NCBI GenBank assembly: GCA_009103225.1
Contig: RHPI01002533.1
Span: 1,233,842 to 1,297,841 of the forward strand
DNA from: Chlorokybus atmophyticus
Lineage: Eukaryota; Plantae; Mesostigma and Chlorokybus algae
Length of the DNA: 64,000 bases
Reading direction: 5' to 3'
Position 1 is the stretch's first letter; each line of letters opens with the position of its first letter. A program made the position numbers and the translations under genes. Below are positions 52,386 to 64,000 of the stretch, in pieces. The notes below the pieces were generated by a model. The model was not told the DNA's origin. It saw only the letters and a list, made by a program, of their open reading frames with translations, and made no database searches.

Positions 52386-53849
52386 GGCCGCTGCGTGGTG
52401 GCACAGCAAATGAAAGGCCAGCCAGCAAGCAATTGATAGGATGCAACTCTACAACGAGTTTCCATTGCAGCTGGCTCACTGGCTGGCGTGCGCAGTAGCA
52501 ATGGCTGTCAGTAAATTGAGCTGCACTATCAGTCCAAGTGAGCAGCTTTTGACGACCATTGCAAACAGGAACTTTAGCTGGTGTTGCTTGTTTGCAAAGG
52601 GCAACACAAGCCATGAACGGATGAGTGCATGCACCGCAAGTGATCTGCTATCAAGTCGCTTGCATTGAATATGGTGCTTGTATTATAACGTACTCTCAAC
52701 TGAAGATATACCTTATCACAAAGGTTGTACATCCTGTGCTTACATGATGAGTTAACACGATGTTGCATCATATTACATAACATGATGTTGCATTACTTTA
52801 CTTAACGCAAGCTAGCGCGTGCGCGCTCACAGCCGACACCTTGCGACAATCTCAAGAAGATGCAATTACCATGTCAATACCCATGCTTTCCATTACTCTA
52901 CACAAGCTCGCTTGATACATGTTATGCAACCTGACATGAGAGCGACCATGGTAACTTCTATTATGCATCATACCAAATGCATAATAGATCATCCCCCCTC
53001 ATTTATAACATATGAGTACACTTCATTGATAAAGTCAATACGTAGATTGGTATGTGCACGCATAAAGAGGAGGGGTGGCAAAGAGGTTTCATGATCGTTG
53101 CGTCACTTTCAGTACATAATGTGCACTGCACCTTGTGATTTATGTAGTTTCTGTACATGTGTTGCTAACGACATAACGTGATGTACACAATAGTAACTTT
53201 CATGCAATGCAAATAATGTATGGCAAATAATGCTGTCAATTGAAGGTGTGTGGCATAACAATAACAATCAACTGCAGTGGCATTTCATCTCATTATATCA
53301 ACATCCCAAAAGGTCAAGTGCTAGTTGAGAGTCACACTTTTGTAACATTATGTATCTAATGTTGGAGTGGTTCTTAAGTCGTATTGTCATAGGTTTTTGA
53401 TCTGTTGAGACCATGCAATAGCGAGAGGATGGAAGGGAGCGATCCCCCCAGCCCAACAGCATTATGGTCCATAATTTATGCAACCCATCAAGTCACATGT
53501 TATTGATGTGTCGTTTCCCCAAACAGCAGTGAACCGGCACGCGCAGCTCTTACAGAAACTGGAGCGCAGGTGGGCACAGGTGAGGCGGTGACTGAGGGGA
53601 TCGTTATCTGCTTCATCTCCTTGGCAGCGGCGGCGGAGGAGGAAGAGGCCGCCCACCCGAGCTGGGAGAGTTTGGATTGACTTGATGGCACCGTTGCACA
53701 GGAGGATCTCTCTTGCGGCTGCTTTCGCTGTTCCTCCAGCTGCTCAAAGCAACTGTTGTGGCAAACAGCAGCTGAAGCACTGAAGCGCTGAAGAGCAAGC
53801 TTGAGGGAGGAGATTGCGAGCTTGGGAAGCTTGTGGGAGCAAGCTCAGC

Positions 53850-56453
53850 ATGGAGCAGCAGCAGCGATTGCGGCCCAGGGCTGCCGTGGTGGTGCTGGGC
53901 GACTTCGGGCGCAGCCCCCGCATGCAGTACCACACGCTGTCGCTCGCCGAGCAAGTAAGCTGGCCATAATTCGTCAATGACTATACGTATAAGGTTGTGG
54001 CATTGCTGTTTGAGCAAATCCAAGCATACGCCAGGTCATGTTACTGATAGCAAACGACTGTGCTGGCTGTGTGTGTGCCAGCATTCGGATTGTGCCTGGG
54101 TTGTTTACTCGAAACATCGCATTGCAGATGAAATGCGTTCAACATGGCGGGTTTGTGTTCGTTTCTTTACAACCTTAGTGAATGTCGTTGCCAGATTGGC
54201 ATGTATGCATACAAGTATCGCCGCAGCTGACCAAATGTTGTCGTGTGCAGGCTGGGTACAGCGTGGATGTGGTTGCATATAGAGGTAAGCATAAAAAGGG
54301 CACGCTTGCATAGGTAAGATTACAGTGACACTGCAGCATGTTTAGACATAGCCACCCAAGTGATGCCACTCAAACTTATCTTGCCTGAAGCACAGCCTGT
54401 TTATGTCCCATTCAAGCAACAAGCTGTTGATGTTCCAGTTCGTAAGTACCCTGCATTGCAGGGTCGGATCCTGCTCAAGCTATCATCACACACCCGCACA
54501 TCAAGCTACACCTTGTGGTATGAGCCTTGTAGAAGCTGCAGCTTGGCTTATGTGGGGTATCTATTGTGCCATGGTCGCAATGACGATTGCTTATCAGCAA
54601 CTTTTGCTGAACAGCCGCCCCCTATCACGGACAGATTGCCTCGCCTGTTACGTACCCTGTGTATACCGATCAAGCTGTGTACACAAGTCCTTTATTTGCT
54701 GTACTTCCTGTTGCTGCGGATACCCAGACCCGATATACTTCTTGTACAGGTATAAAGCCATTGCCTACCTCTTTGTGTCTGGCGCGTGCTTGTCTCAAGT
54801 AGTGTGACCAGCCTGCAATTGTTTCTGCATGCATGCCTGTTCAATCGCCATCCTGGCCAGTTATGTGCGCATATGCGTGCAGAATCCACCAACCATCCCA
54901 ACATTTTCGGTTGCTCAACTGGTGTGCGCGCTTCGCAAGTGTCGCCTTGTAATTGACTGGCACAACTTCGGGTACACGCTGCTCGGGATGCAGTGGGGCT
55001 CACAACATGGGCTTGTAAAGTTTGCACAAAGGTGAGCTTCTGTCCCCTGTTGTAGCTTGGATTGATACAGATAGTTGAGCTGGAGTGGTCGTTCATGTAC
55101 TGTCGACAGGTATGAGAAGAGGTTGGGGCAAAGAGCACATGCGCACCTCTGCGTCACGCATGGGATGCAAAGTGAACTTGCTCGTAATTGGAACATCTGG
55201 TGAGTGCACACATAAGCTCAGGCCACTTGCGACCGAAGTTGTGTTTGGGTACAACTTGTAAACATAGGTTGCTTTGGTGCTCGCAGCGCTGAGGTGCTGT
55301 ATGACAAGCCTCCGAGTATTTTCCACAGAGCTACTTTGCAAGAGAAGCACGAGGTGCAGTTGGTGTAAATACACACGTGCAGCTTGTCATACATGTTGGT
55401 TATTAATGTTGTGAGTTGCATGTGAGCAATTTTGTTTGCAAACCCGCAGCTTTTCCTTCGACTTCATAAGTCAATTGCTGCTGGATACGGCACAAAGGAC
55501 TGTTTCACGCGGCCCATGGAGATGCAGTCCTTGGACGTAGATGAAGAGACATTTCTGACAACTGCCACAGTCCAGCCTGACGGAGCAAAAGCTGTGACCC
55601 TCAAACGCGACCGTCCAGCCGTCATCGTGAGCAGCACCAGCTGGTACGTGTGTACCAGTATGTATAGAATGCAACTCATCGTCTGATTGCATCATACTAG
55701 TGTGGATTGAAGCATATTGTTGCATGCGCCATGTTAATTGGGGGTGCGTGTGCAGGACAGCGGATGAAGACTTTGACCTTCTGCTGGAGACTGCTGTTAT
55801 GTACGACCAGCGTGTTGCGATGGGACTTGGCGAGGTTCAGGGCATTGAACGCTCGCCCTCTCATCACGAGGAAATGCACCTGCACATGAAAGACGAATCC
55901 AGCACGCTGCCAAAGTTGCTGATCCTGATCACAGGCCAGTGTCCATGTTGCACGTGAACAGAATGGTTATGTTCAACACCTGCACTGCGTGAGTAGACAC
56001 GCCTCATTCTTTGCTGCAGGTAAAGGCCCTCTACGAGCAGAGTTTGAGAGCAAACTGAAGAGGCTTCGCCTTCGCCGCGTGGCTTTCCGTACTTTGTGGG
56101 TGTCCGCTGAGGAATACCCGCTGCTGCTGGGCTCGGCTGACTTAGGAGTCTCTCTGCACTCATCCTCATCTGGCCTGGACTTGCCCATGAAGGTGGTCGA
56201 CATGTTCGGCTGCGGTCTGCCGGTGTGCGCCTTCAACTATCAGTGCATTGGCGAGCTCGTGCGCGACCATCAGAACGGCCTGCTGTTCTCCTCCTCAATG
56301 GGCCTTCTTAGCTGCTTCATGAACCTGCTGCGCGGTTTCTCGTACGGCAACTCGCAACTGGACAAGCTGAGGAATAATGTGCTGAACAGCGGCATGGCTC
56401 GCTGGGAAGATGAGTGGGCCCAAAAAGCAATGCCGTTGTTCCAGACTCAGTGA
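53850..56453 (+). CDS. ALG1: Chitobiosyldiphosphodolichol beta-mannosyltransferase
   Basis: AAVVVLGDFGRSPRMQYH, VQNPPTIPT, IDWHNFGYT, HLCVTHGM, VSSTSWTADEDF, ITGKGPL, LGSADLGVSLHSSSSGLDLPMKVVDMFG. Confidence 0.95.
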
Positions 56454-56867
56454 TTGGGGCACCTGCAGTATAATAATGCACTCACTCTCGAGGTTTGTAT
56501 TGTTGTTATTCATCGCTGCTGCGCTGACATACAGCACATCGTTAAGGATCTAGACTCTAGGTCATGTACCACATGCACATGAAGTGTGCAGCAGTCACAA
56601 GCACGCAACTGTGCGCAAGCATGTTGCTGGTGGTGTATGCGCTTCCAGATGGTATCATCACGCAAAACTGGTCTATATACATTCTTTCTACCCACCACCA
56701 AATGCATTGCACTTGAATGCGTGTAACATTGCGTCCTTTAAAGCATGTCTGTCACATGCTTCCTTTACATTGAGGACTGTGCGGGTTGCACGCCTCATAC
56801 CAAGATGATTAGCTTCAACATGTTTGGTGGCATAGAAGGCCCATGCGAGTGTACTCAACAGAGCGGA

Positions 56868-57216
56868 GCAGACTGCGTCTCCAAGCACAGTTTCTTGTAC
56901 ATTACATGCAGGTGTGCTGCTGTTCTCCTGCGCCATATAACGTCATTGAGACCGTGTCAACTCTGCGCTTTGGGCTGAGGTTGGTGTTGTGACGAAAGGC
57001 AACCGCTACAAGCAGGGAAACCATAATCAAATTTCATTTAACGTCATGTCACGCAAGCAGTGCGACCGTTCACTGTGCGCAGGGCCAAAAACATCAAGAA
57101 CAAGCCCACTGTCAACACTAAGCGCAGTCGTGCAGAACTTGAGATGCTTCTGCACAAGGCACAGATAGAATGCAGTCTTTTACGAAGGAGGGTGCAACAT
57201 TTTGAGATGTTGGGAG
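56868..57216 (+). repeat. Exact 349-bp copy of kinesin gene segment 50882-51230, ending next to an N at 57218
   Basis: Base-by-base comparison found no mismatch, and intron sequence is included. Confidence 0.92.
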
Positions 57217-57683
57217 GNTTACAATTTGGAATGGCGATTTGCACATGAGAAGAACATATTGCTTTGCATGCTTAGTGCAAATGGCGAGTGGCGCCAATGA
57301 TGTGACTCTTAACATAGCATCCAAGGCCACCAAAATTTTAATGGTCTTAAGCCATCATGTTATGTATGTTATCTATTGTTTGATATTGCTACGCATATAA
57401 CATATGCATGCAAATGTTTATAGTTACAAAAGGGCGATGCAATTGCAGCCTGCAATCATTTTGTTTTTTAAAAAGTTATGGGTACAAGATCTTCAAGCTT
57501 GTAAGCTCAACATCACGGCTGGTAACACGTCTCCACCAATAATTCAAGCACATAACACATGTGTAATGCAACCCATTGTCGGCGGAAATGCTAAAATTGC
57601 ATGTTGCACATCTTGCATTGTGATCCATTCCTTTCACATCATACAATAATACGTAGTTATAATTCTTACGTCGAATATGTTGA

Positions 57684-57738
57684 AAACGTAGTACTTAATA
57701 TGCAAACGTAGTACTTAATATGAAAATGTAGTAATATG
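57684..57738. repeat. 20-bp tandem repeat, two full copies plus one degenerate
   Basis: aaacgtagtacttaatatg twice, then aaatgtagtaatatg. Confidence 0.8.
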
Positions 57739-58020
57739 TATAAGAAGGTAATAACTTATCACGATTGTAGCATGCACTTCATGTGCATGTGCACATTGCT
57801 GTGAGTTTTAATGAGCTATTGCCGCCACAAACCGCCTGCACATAAACCACTGTCAGCCTCATCCCATTATATTCCTCAAGATGATGCCTTCAGCGAGGGA
57901 GGCCGTGTGTAGACTGTTCCGGCGGGATCCCTACCGTACTCCGCAGTACTTTACGCGTGTCCACGTCGCCGTCGGCGTTGTGGTCGGCATCATCACCCTG
58001 CGCCAGCTCTCTATACATAC

Positions 58021-59310
58021 ATGCGCCGCAGCACCGTACTAGTTGTTGTCGTCGTCGCTGTTTCTCTCTCTGTCACGCTTGCTGCTTTTTCAGCGAACTA
58101 CAGCTTAGCTAACGACCCAGGCATGGCGCAGAACGGCGGCGCTGCTGGGCTGAAGCCCGCCACCTTCGGTGCGGGCTGCTTCTGGGGTAAGTGATGGTTT
58201 TGGAACTGTGTAGCAGCTATACGGTAAGTGCAGCTGTCGGTGACGTGGGTTGCATGCTTGCTTGTGCTTGGTATCTCAAACTTTGTGGTGTGCGAGTTTG
58301 TATGTCGGATTGTTACAGCGGTTGTCATGGTCGCTCACAAAATAAGTGTAGTTATGGTTGTAGATGAAAGCATGCCTTGCATGCAGGTTACATAGTGCTG
58401 AGTCGCTTGAGCACTTTCTTGTTCTGTCAATGCGTGGCCTTTGTGACACTTGTTCACTGCTGCTAGGCGTGGAGCTGGCGTTCCAGCGTATGGAAGGCGT
58501 GGCTGAAACGGCTGTCGGCTATATGGGCGGCAGCAAAGACAACCCCACATACGAACAGGTGAAACTAGAACCACAGCGGTCTTCACGGGATCCTCTTGCC
58601 CAAGTTTGTCGCTGCCTCCTAGCTTGCCTTCTATAATCTTCAACTGTTCAGGTGTGCACGGGGAAGACCGGTCATGCTGAGGTGGTGCACATAACCTATG
58701 ACCCGAGCGTGGTGCCGTACAGGGCGTTGGTGGACAAGTTCTTTGAGATTCACGACCCCACCACGCTGAACCGCCAGAAGAATGACGTGGGCTCGCAGTA
58801 CCGCTCTGCTATCTTCTACCATGACGACTCTCAGAAGGCTGACGCCGAAGCTGGCCTGTAAGTGCACACCCTGGTCCAGTTTGTTTGCCATAACAGCTTC
58901 GTTCGTATTGGATTGGATTGTTGTTTGCCAATTGAGTACCACATCGTAGTCAACATGCGCATGTGCATATTGGATTGGGATTGTTGTTTGCCAGTTGAGT
59001 ACCACATCGTAGTCAACATGCGCATGTGCATACAAGTGCATGGATGCGGGTGCAGCATGTGCAGCACTCGTATATTGTGGAGCATACAGATGTGCATTGT
59101 AAGCTTGCCGCTTGCAAGTCAGCCAGTGTGATGATACTGGGATTACTGTGCAGAGCCAATGCGCAAAGCCACATTCGCGGCATTATCGTGACAGAAGTTA
59201 CTCCTGCCAACACCTTTTACAAGGCGGAGGACTATCATCAGCAGTACCTGGAGAAGGGTGGCCAGTGCTCAAGAAAGGGAGATACCACTCGTATCAGATG
59301 CTATGGCTGA
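58021..59310 (+). CDS. MSRA: Peptide methionine sulfoxide reductase A with a putative N-terminal signal peptide
   Basis: [10 protein letters not shown]|VELAFQR, GYMGG...PTYEQ|[48 protein letters not shown]...IRCYG*. In-frame ATGs at 58021 and 58123. Confidence 0.95.
58906..59032. repeat. About 62-bp tandem duplication in MSRA intron 3
   Basis: tattggattg(g)gattgttgtttgcca(a/g)ttgagtaccacatcgtagtcaacatgcgcatgtgca twice. Confidence 0.9.
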
Positions 59311-61627
59311 GCATAGTGTACTGGCATACGTGTACAGTAGGTTGTGTTGGCAGCCAGTTGTAGGTTGCAACTTGTATTCCTTCTTGTGCAGTGTTGTGCA
59401 ATAATAAGCAGACCTACAGCTCAGCGCTAAGTAGCCATATGCTGCATGTTGTCACAAGTCAATTGGGCTCTAAACATATGGCATTGTTTAGGTCACACTT
59501 GCCGTCTGGCTAAGTGCCAACTAGAGCATGCCTCACACTCCAGGTACATAACCGCATCAATGCTTCACGACACAGCTTGGAGAACCCTGCAAAAGACTTC
59601 ACACGCTACTGCGCAACTTATCCTTGTTTGTTGTCAACTGTTTCAGGCATCGTCAATTCTTGATTCACTTGTCTATCTTGTGAATGTATATGGAGGGCAA
59701 CTCCACAACAGCATCATTGAAACGCCACGCTTAGCCGGACATTACAAGCGCCTGCTGTGCAGGTGGTGACTCCCTACCCTCTCCCGTGCCCTGTCTGTTG
59801 CCTGCCTGCTGCTGCAATGCACGTCTAGGTTACTGTCCTAGAGAGCTTGGTTGTTGTATGGTTTGTATAGGTGGCTACATGCAATGTGGCGTATGTATGC
59901 TCATGCACAAAAACATGCAAAGGAAGGCAACATACAACATGCAGGCAGTCATTATTGTTCGATAGTTTACCACCGCGCTAACCTGGTCTACCTTCACTAC
60001 TAACGCTACTAACACCACCCAGTGTCCCAGCGTTGCTCTGAGCCCCTTTGCGTTGCTAACACATTTTCTGCGTGTGGCCTGCTAGCACACTGCTTTGCAC
60101 CCTCTTGCTTATCAATTATATGAATCCTCCCGGTTCCTTGCATCGTAGCGCCTTGTGCTCGCAAATGGCAATACGGTGACCAAGGTGGTCACATTGCTAT
60201 CGAGCTTAGGGCACAGGTTTTAACTCCGTTGCGTGCGGATGGGCGGAGGTGCGACTGTGCTTTATGTAAACAAGTCTAAAAGTCGCACTATGGATGCATG
60301 TGCAGTCTTGCACGCGTAGCGCAAGGGACCATGATCTCTTGCCGGTACGGTGGCAATAGCCGGCACACGGACAGCCATGTAGATCATATGTAAAACAAGA
60401 ATTGAAAGAATGTAATCCCGTGCGTAATGATGAATAGACTACCTGTTACCTCTCGTACATGCACACACATTGTGATTGTGGTTGTCATGGTACTGTGTGT
60501 AATCTACTTGCCGGTTGCCTTGAACTCTCATACCGTATACATATGATACAACTTATTTGTAAAGTCTCACACTACACCAGCATCATTGGTTACATACGGC
60601 GTGCGGCGTTAACTGGTTTGCATTGCCTCTCCTACACTCACAAGATATTTTCATGCACACCACTATGGTTATGACATTCGACTCAACAGTGTCATCTGCT
60701 ACGCTACTTAACCATGTTTTTGCGATTAACATTGCATGTGCGATTGTTTTTCTTAATGGCCTCTTTATAACGATTTGTACAGTGCTTGCATGCATATTGC
60801 AAACCGTAACGAAGCCATATGCGGCTATGATTATTCGCCCTCATGGAAGCTGGCTCATTGCATGATCGGGTACGGACTTGGGGTGTAGTGGGATATATAG
60901 GGATGTCGCAAGCTCTTCCACCGGTGATGAGTGCTTTATATGTGTTATGTGTAGGGGCTTGGGGCAGCCCATGTGACTACTTTGTGGTATGTGCTGAACT
61001 TTTGCTTGTGATTGCCAACACGCGAGCGTCATTGCCATATAAAGTTATACATGCTTCAGCATTGTATAATCAATATTTATTTGACAAGTAGTGTTCACAA
61101 CGCTACGCATACAGACCTAGACATTATTCACATCAAAACATCCACGTCATGCACTGTGTGTGATATGTCATATCTGCAATATAATTTGAGTGGACTAATG
61201 CTTGCAACATGTATACTTAACAAACGGTCAATATTGAATTCACTTAAGTAAAAGTAATGTAATAAACTTTTTAATGCAAGGTCCTTGCACACCATATGTG
61301 TGAGAGTGTACGCTTATGTTCAATGCAATATTGCACATGAATTGCAATATGTGCCATATATCAACTATATCGGAACAGCATGGACGAAGCATTTATTGTT
61401 ATCACATACAGTACATGCTAACAATACGATACTATGATATCGGTTTAAAATACGCAATTTCCCTTATTAAATGTTTAACTTTCAGAAACGGTTGCAAGGA
61501 CCATGGGTATTATTGATGCTTGACCTTTTGCTGCTCGGAGAAGTGTGCTTGAGGCATTGCCCAAGCAAGGAGGGGTGAAGGTATTTGATTTTTGATATAA
61601 GTTGAGCAGCTCATTTGAAAAGCTAGA

Positions 61628-61654
61628 CGACACGTGTGGCCATTTCCACGTGTC
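61628..61654. promoter_or_regulatory. Pair of G-box/ABRE-like CACGTG motifs upstream of the ER DnaJ gene
   Basis: gacacgtgt and ccacgtgtc about 17 bp apart, with CCAAT motifs at about 61684 and 61712. Confidence 0.3.
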
Positions 61655-62205
61655 CTGCACCCAGGCTTCCGTCGCGTCTCTGGCCAATCAGAAGGCTGCT
61701 TGAGCTTGGCACCCAATCACAGACGTCTAGACGCGTAACCAGGCGACCTGCGAGAGCAGGCGTCGATATCGCGCGAGCCAACAACCTCCTCTTGCCGGCG
61801 CATCTACCGTCGAATACCGGCGCGGCTTCAGCATCCAGTGGCTCACAATGAACGAGACGCCGTGTTGGTATTTCGTGCATTGCGCAGCCGTCGCCCACGA
61901 TACCGACCGCTTCAGTGCCGTAACAAACTTTGCTGCTTGTGCCAGCTGGCAGGCAGGACGTGGCCGCCGCATTGGGCGGACGAGTGGGCGGGCGAGGAGA
62001 AGCAGGCGGAGCAGGACGACGCCAACAAGTACAAGGGGGAAGGCTTCATTGTGCGAGGAGACAGACAGTTTTGTGACTGTTGTGCGTGTGGGTCTGCCCT
62101 GGGCTTGTGGCTGGAGGCTGTGAGGACCGAGGCGCAGTGTGCTGGGCGGGACAGCTTGATTGGCTGGGTGGAGCATACCACCGCCGCCGCCTTTAGGGCG
62201 CAAGG

Positions 62206-64000
62206 ATGAGGGCGGCGGCGGTGCTCCTCACCGTGTTGCTGCTAGGGTTGTCGTCGTTTGCTGCAGCGTAAGTAGCAGTCGAACAATCTGCATCGCTGTC
62301 GCATTGGCTTGGGTCTGGCTGCAAGCATGCTTCCCACATGCTGCAATTGCAGTTCTCAATGCAGTCTACCTGGTGCAGCATGCAACTGCCCAAGCATGAC
62401 AAGTCATTTGGTTGTGTTGTTTGGTCGTCGGCATGCTTCGTTGGTTTTCAGTAGCGGACGTTGTGGTTTTCCCTGTTGAAAGGAAGTGGATGCACCTGAG
62501 GTCCACAAGCATCATTCAAGCACACGATGAGTATGCTGAGGCCTAATGCAGCTCATGTGCGTTGCATACATGCCCAAAGCAAATACTGGTTGCACCTGTA
62601 ACTCACAAGCATTTCATTCAAGCCTGATTGTGCTGAGGTCCAGTGCCTGCTGCAGCTTTGGCATGGCAACAATAATCAAACCTGTGAGCGTGAACCATTG
62701 GGATTGTGTACTCAATTCTTCATATCCTTCGCAGGCGCAACTTCTATGACATTTTACAGGTATCACGCTCTGCAACAGAGGATCAGATCAAGCGCTCGTA
62801 CCGCAAGCTTGCACTCAAGTATCACCCGGACAAGAACCCGGGCAATGAGGAAGCCGGCAAGAAGTTTGCAGAGATCAACCATGGTGAGGCATATGTGTGC
62901 AGGCACGTTTTACATGTGAGGTTGTCGGTGATTGTATGGTCTGTGAGTTTGTCAAGTCTCATGCAAGCTTCTCATTCTTTTGGCAGCGTATGAGGTTCTC
63001 ACCAACGCGGAGCAGAAGCGCATTTATGATCAGTATGGTGAGGAAGGCCTGAAGCAGCATCAACAAGGAGGCGGTCCAGGAGGAGGCTTTGGACAAGACA
63101 TATTCTCACAGTAAGCAAGCCATGCTAGGTTGTTCACTGAAAAGCAGCAGAGCATGCTTTATGTTGCACTCGCAGTCTGCGTACTGTGCGGGGTGCGCTC
63201 AGTGCGACCACAACAAGTGCGTACAGAAGTGTGAGGGTACATCAGTGCACGAGTATGAAATTGTTCGTATAAGTGTGCGTGTGTGCATGCGCGGGGACGT
63301 GTGGGCACATACGTGCATGCTGACAATCCGGTTATATCAGGTTTTTCGGTGGCGGGTTTGGGTTTGGGCAACAGGAAGAAGAGGAGTCAACTCCAAAGGG
63401 CCAGGATGTTAGAGTACAGTTGGAAGTTACTCTGGAAGACCTGTATCTGGGCAAATCCTTTCAGGTTAGGCTCATGCACATATTGCTGTGGTTGGATTTG
63501 CGTAACCTGCCTATCAATATGTGAGGGTTGCACTCTCATTCGCAGCTAGAATCCATGCATAGACGCGTGCCAGCTTAGACAGCGTATTTCAGGTACATAG
63601 AGAAAAGAATGTCATCAAACCGGCGAAGGGCACGAGGCAATGCAACTGCAAGAATAAGATGGTTACCAAGCAGATTGGACCAGGGATGTTCCAGCAGTTT
63701 CAACAGCAGGTATGGCCCACACATTCTATCTGTATCCTACATCGTTAACGTTGGTGTGGATCTTGTCATGCTTGGCTGGCCTGTCTATCTGTGGTGTGCT
63801 GCAGTGGTTGGTTGGCATGCGGCAACACAATTGCTCAGTCATGTTCGTCGGTCAAGTCCCCATGTGTGTTGATGCTGATGATCATACTGACCATGATGAT
63901 GTGATTGTGCTCACAGGTGTGCCAAGAATGCCCAAATGTGAAGTATGAACCAGAGGGCCAGTCTCTCACTGTGGAGGTGGACAGGGGGATGTCCGATGGC
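62206..64000 (+). CDS. ERDJ3B: ER-luminal DnaJ co-chaperone ERdj3B/DNAJB11-like (3' end outside window)
   Basis: Signal peptide [22 protein letters not shown] domain [19 protein letters not shown] (HPD), YEVL...[47 protein letters not shown]. Confidence 0.93.

Noticed and set aside
57060-57248. Second kinesin gene or paralogue
   Set aside because: Only an exact 349-bp copy, including intron, ending at an N. It is not a gene.
58160-58190. Selenocysteine MsrA as in some green algae
   Set aside because: The active-site codon is TGC (Cys), not TGA.
1-64000. tRNA, rRNA, snRNA, hammerhead ribozyme or CRISPR array
   Set aside because: No diagnostic motifs seen by eye. A covariance-model scan would be needed to exclude divergent ncRNAs.

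Overview
Intron-rich eukaryotic nuclear DNA (about 50% GC, introns mostly 60-120 nt, GT-AG with two GC-AG cases). The proteins look plant-like (ABIL-, WSS1A-, PSS1/KIN1-, ERdj3B- and DUF2062-type), so the source is probably a green alga, possibly an early-diverging streptophyte (inference). Hand splicing gives about 15 protein-coding genes: a partial coiled-coil gene, a RING-CH membrane E3, an ABI-like protein with a giant polyproline/WH2 tail, NUP160, a tandem double-E2 (UBE2Z-like + class I UBC), NSA2, WSS1, an F-box/LRR protein, a coiled-coil/degenerate RING protein, a DUF2062-like membrane protein, DPH2, an unknown protein, kinesin-1, ALG1, MSRA and a partial ERdj3B. There is also a decayed Penelope-like retroelement fragment, small repeats, and two exact local duplications ending at assembly Ns that are probably artefacts. 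No tRNA, rRNA or CRISPR was seen. The most unusual items are the ABI-polyproline-WH2 fusion, the two-active-site E2 and a signal-peptide MsrA with an overlapping uORF. Family assignments come from remembered motifs, not database searches.
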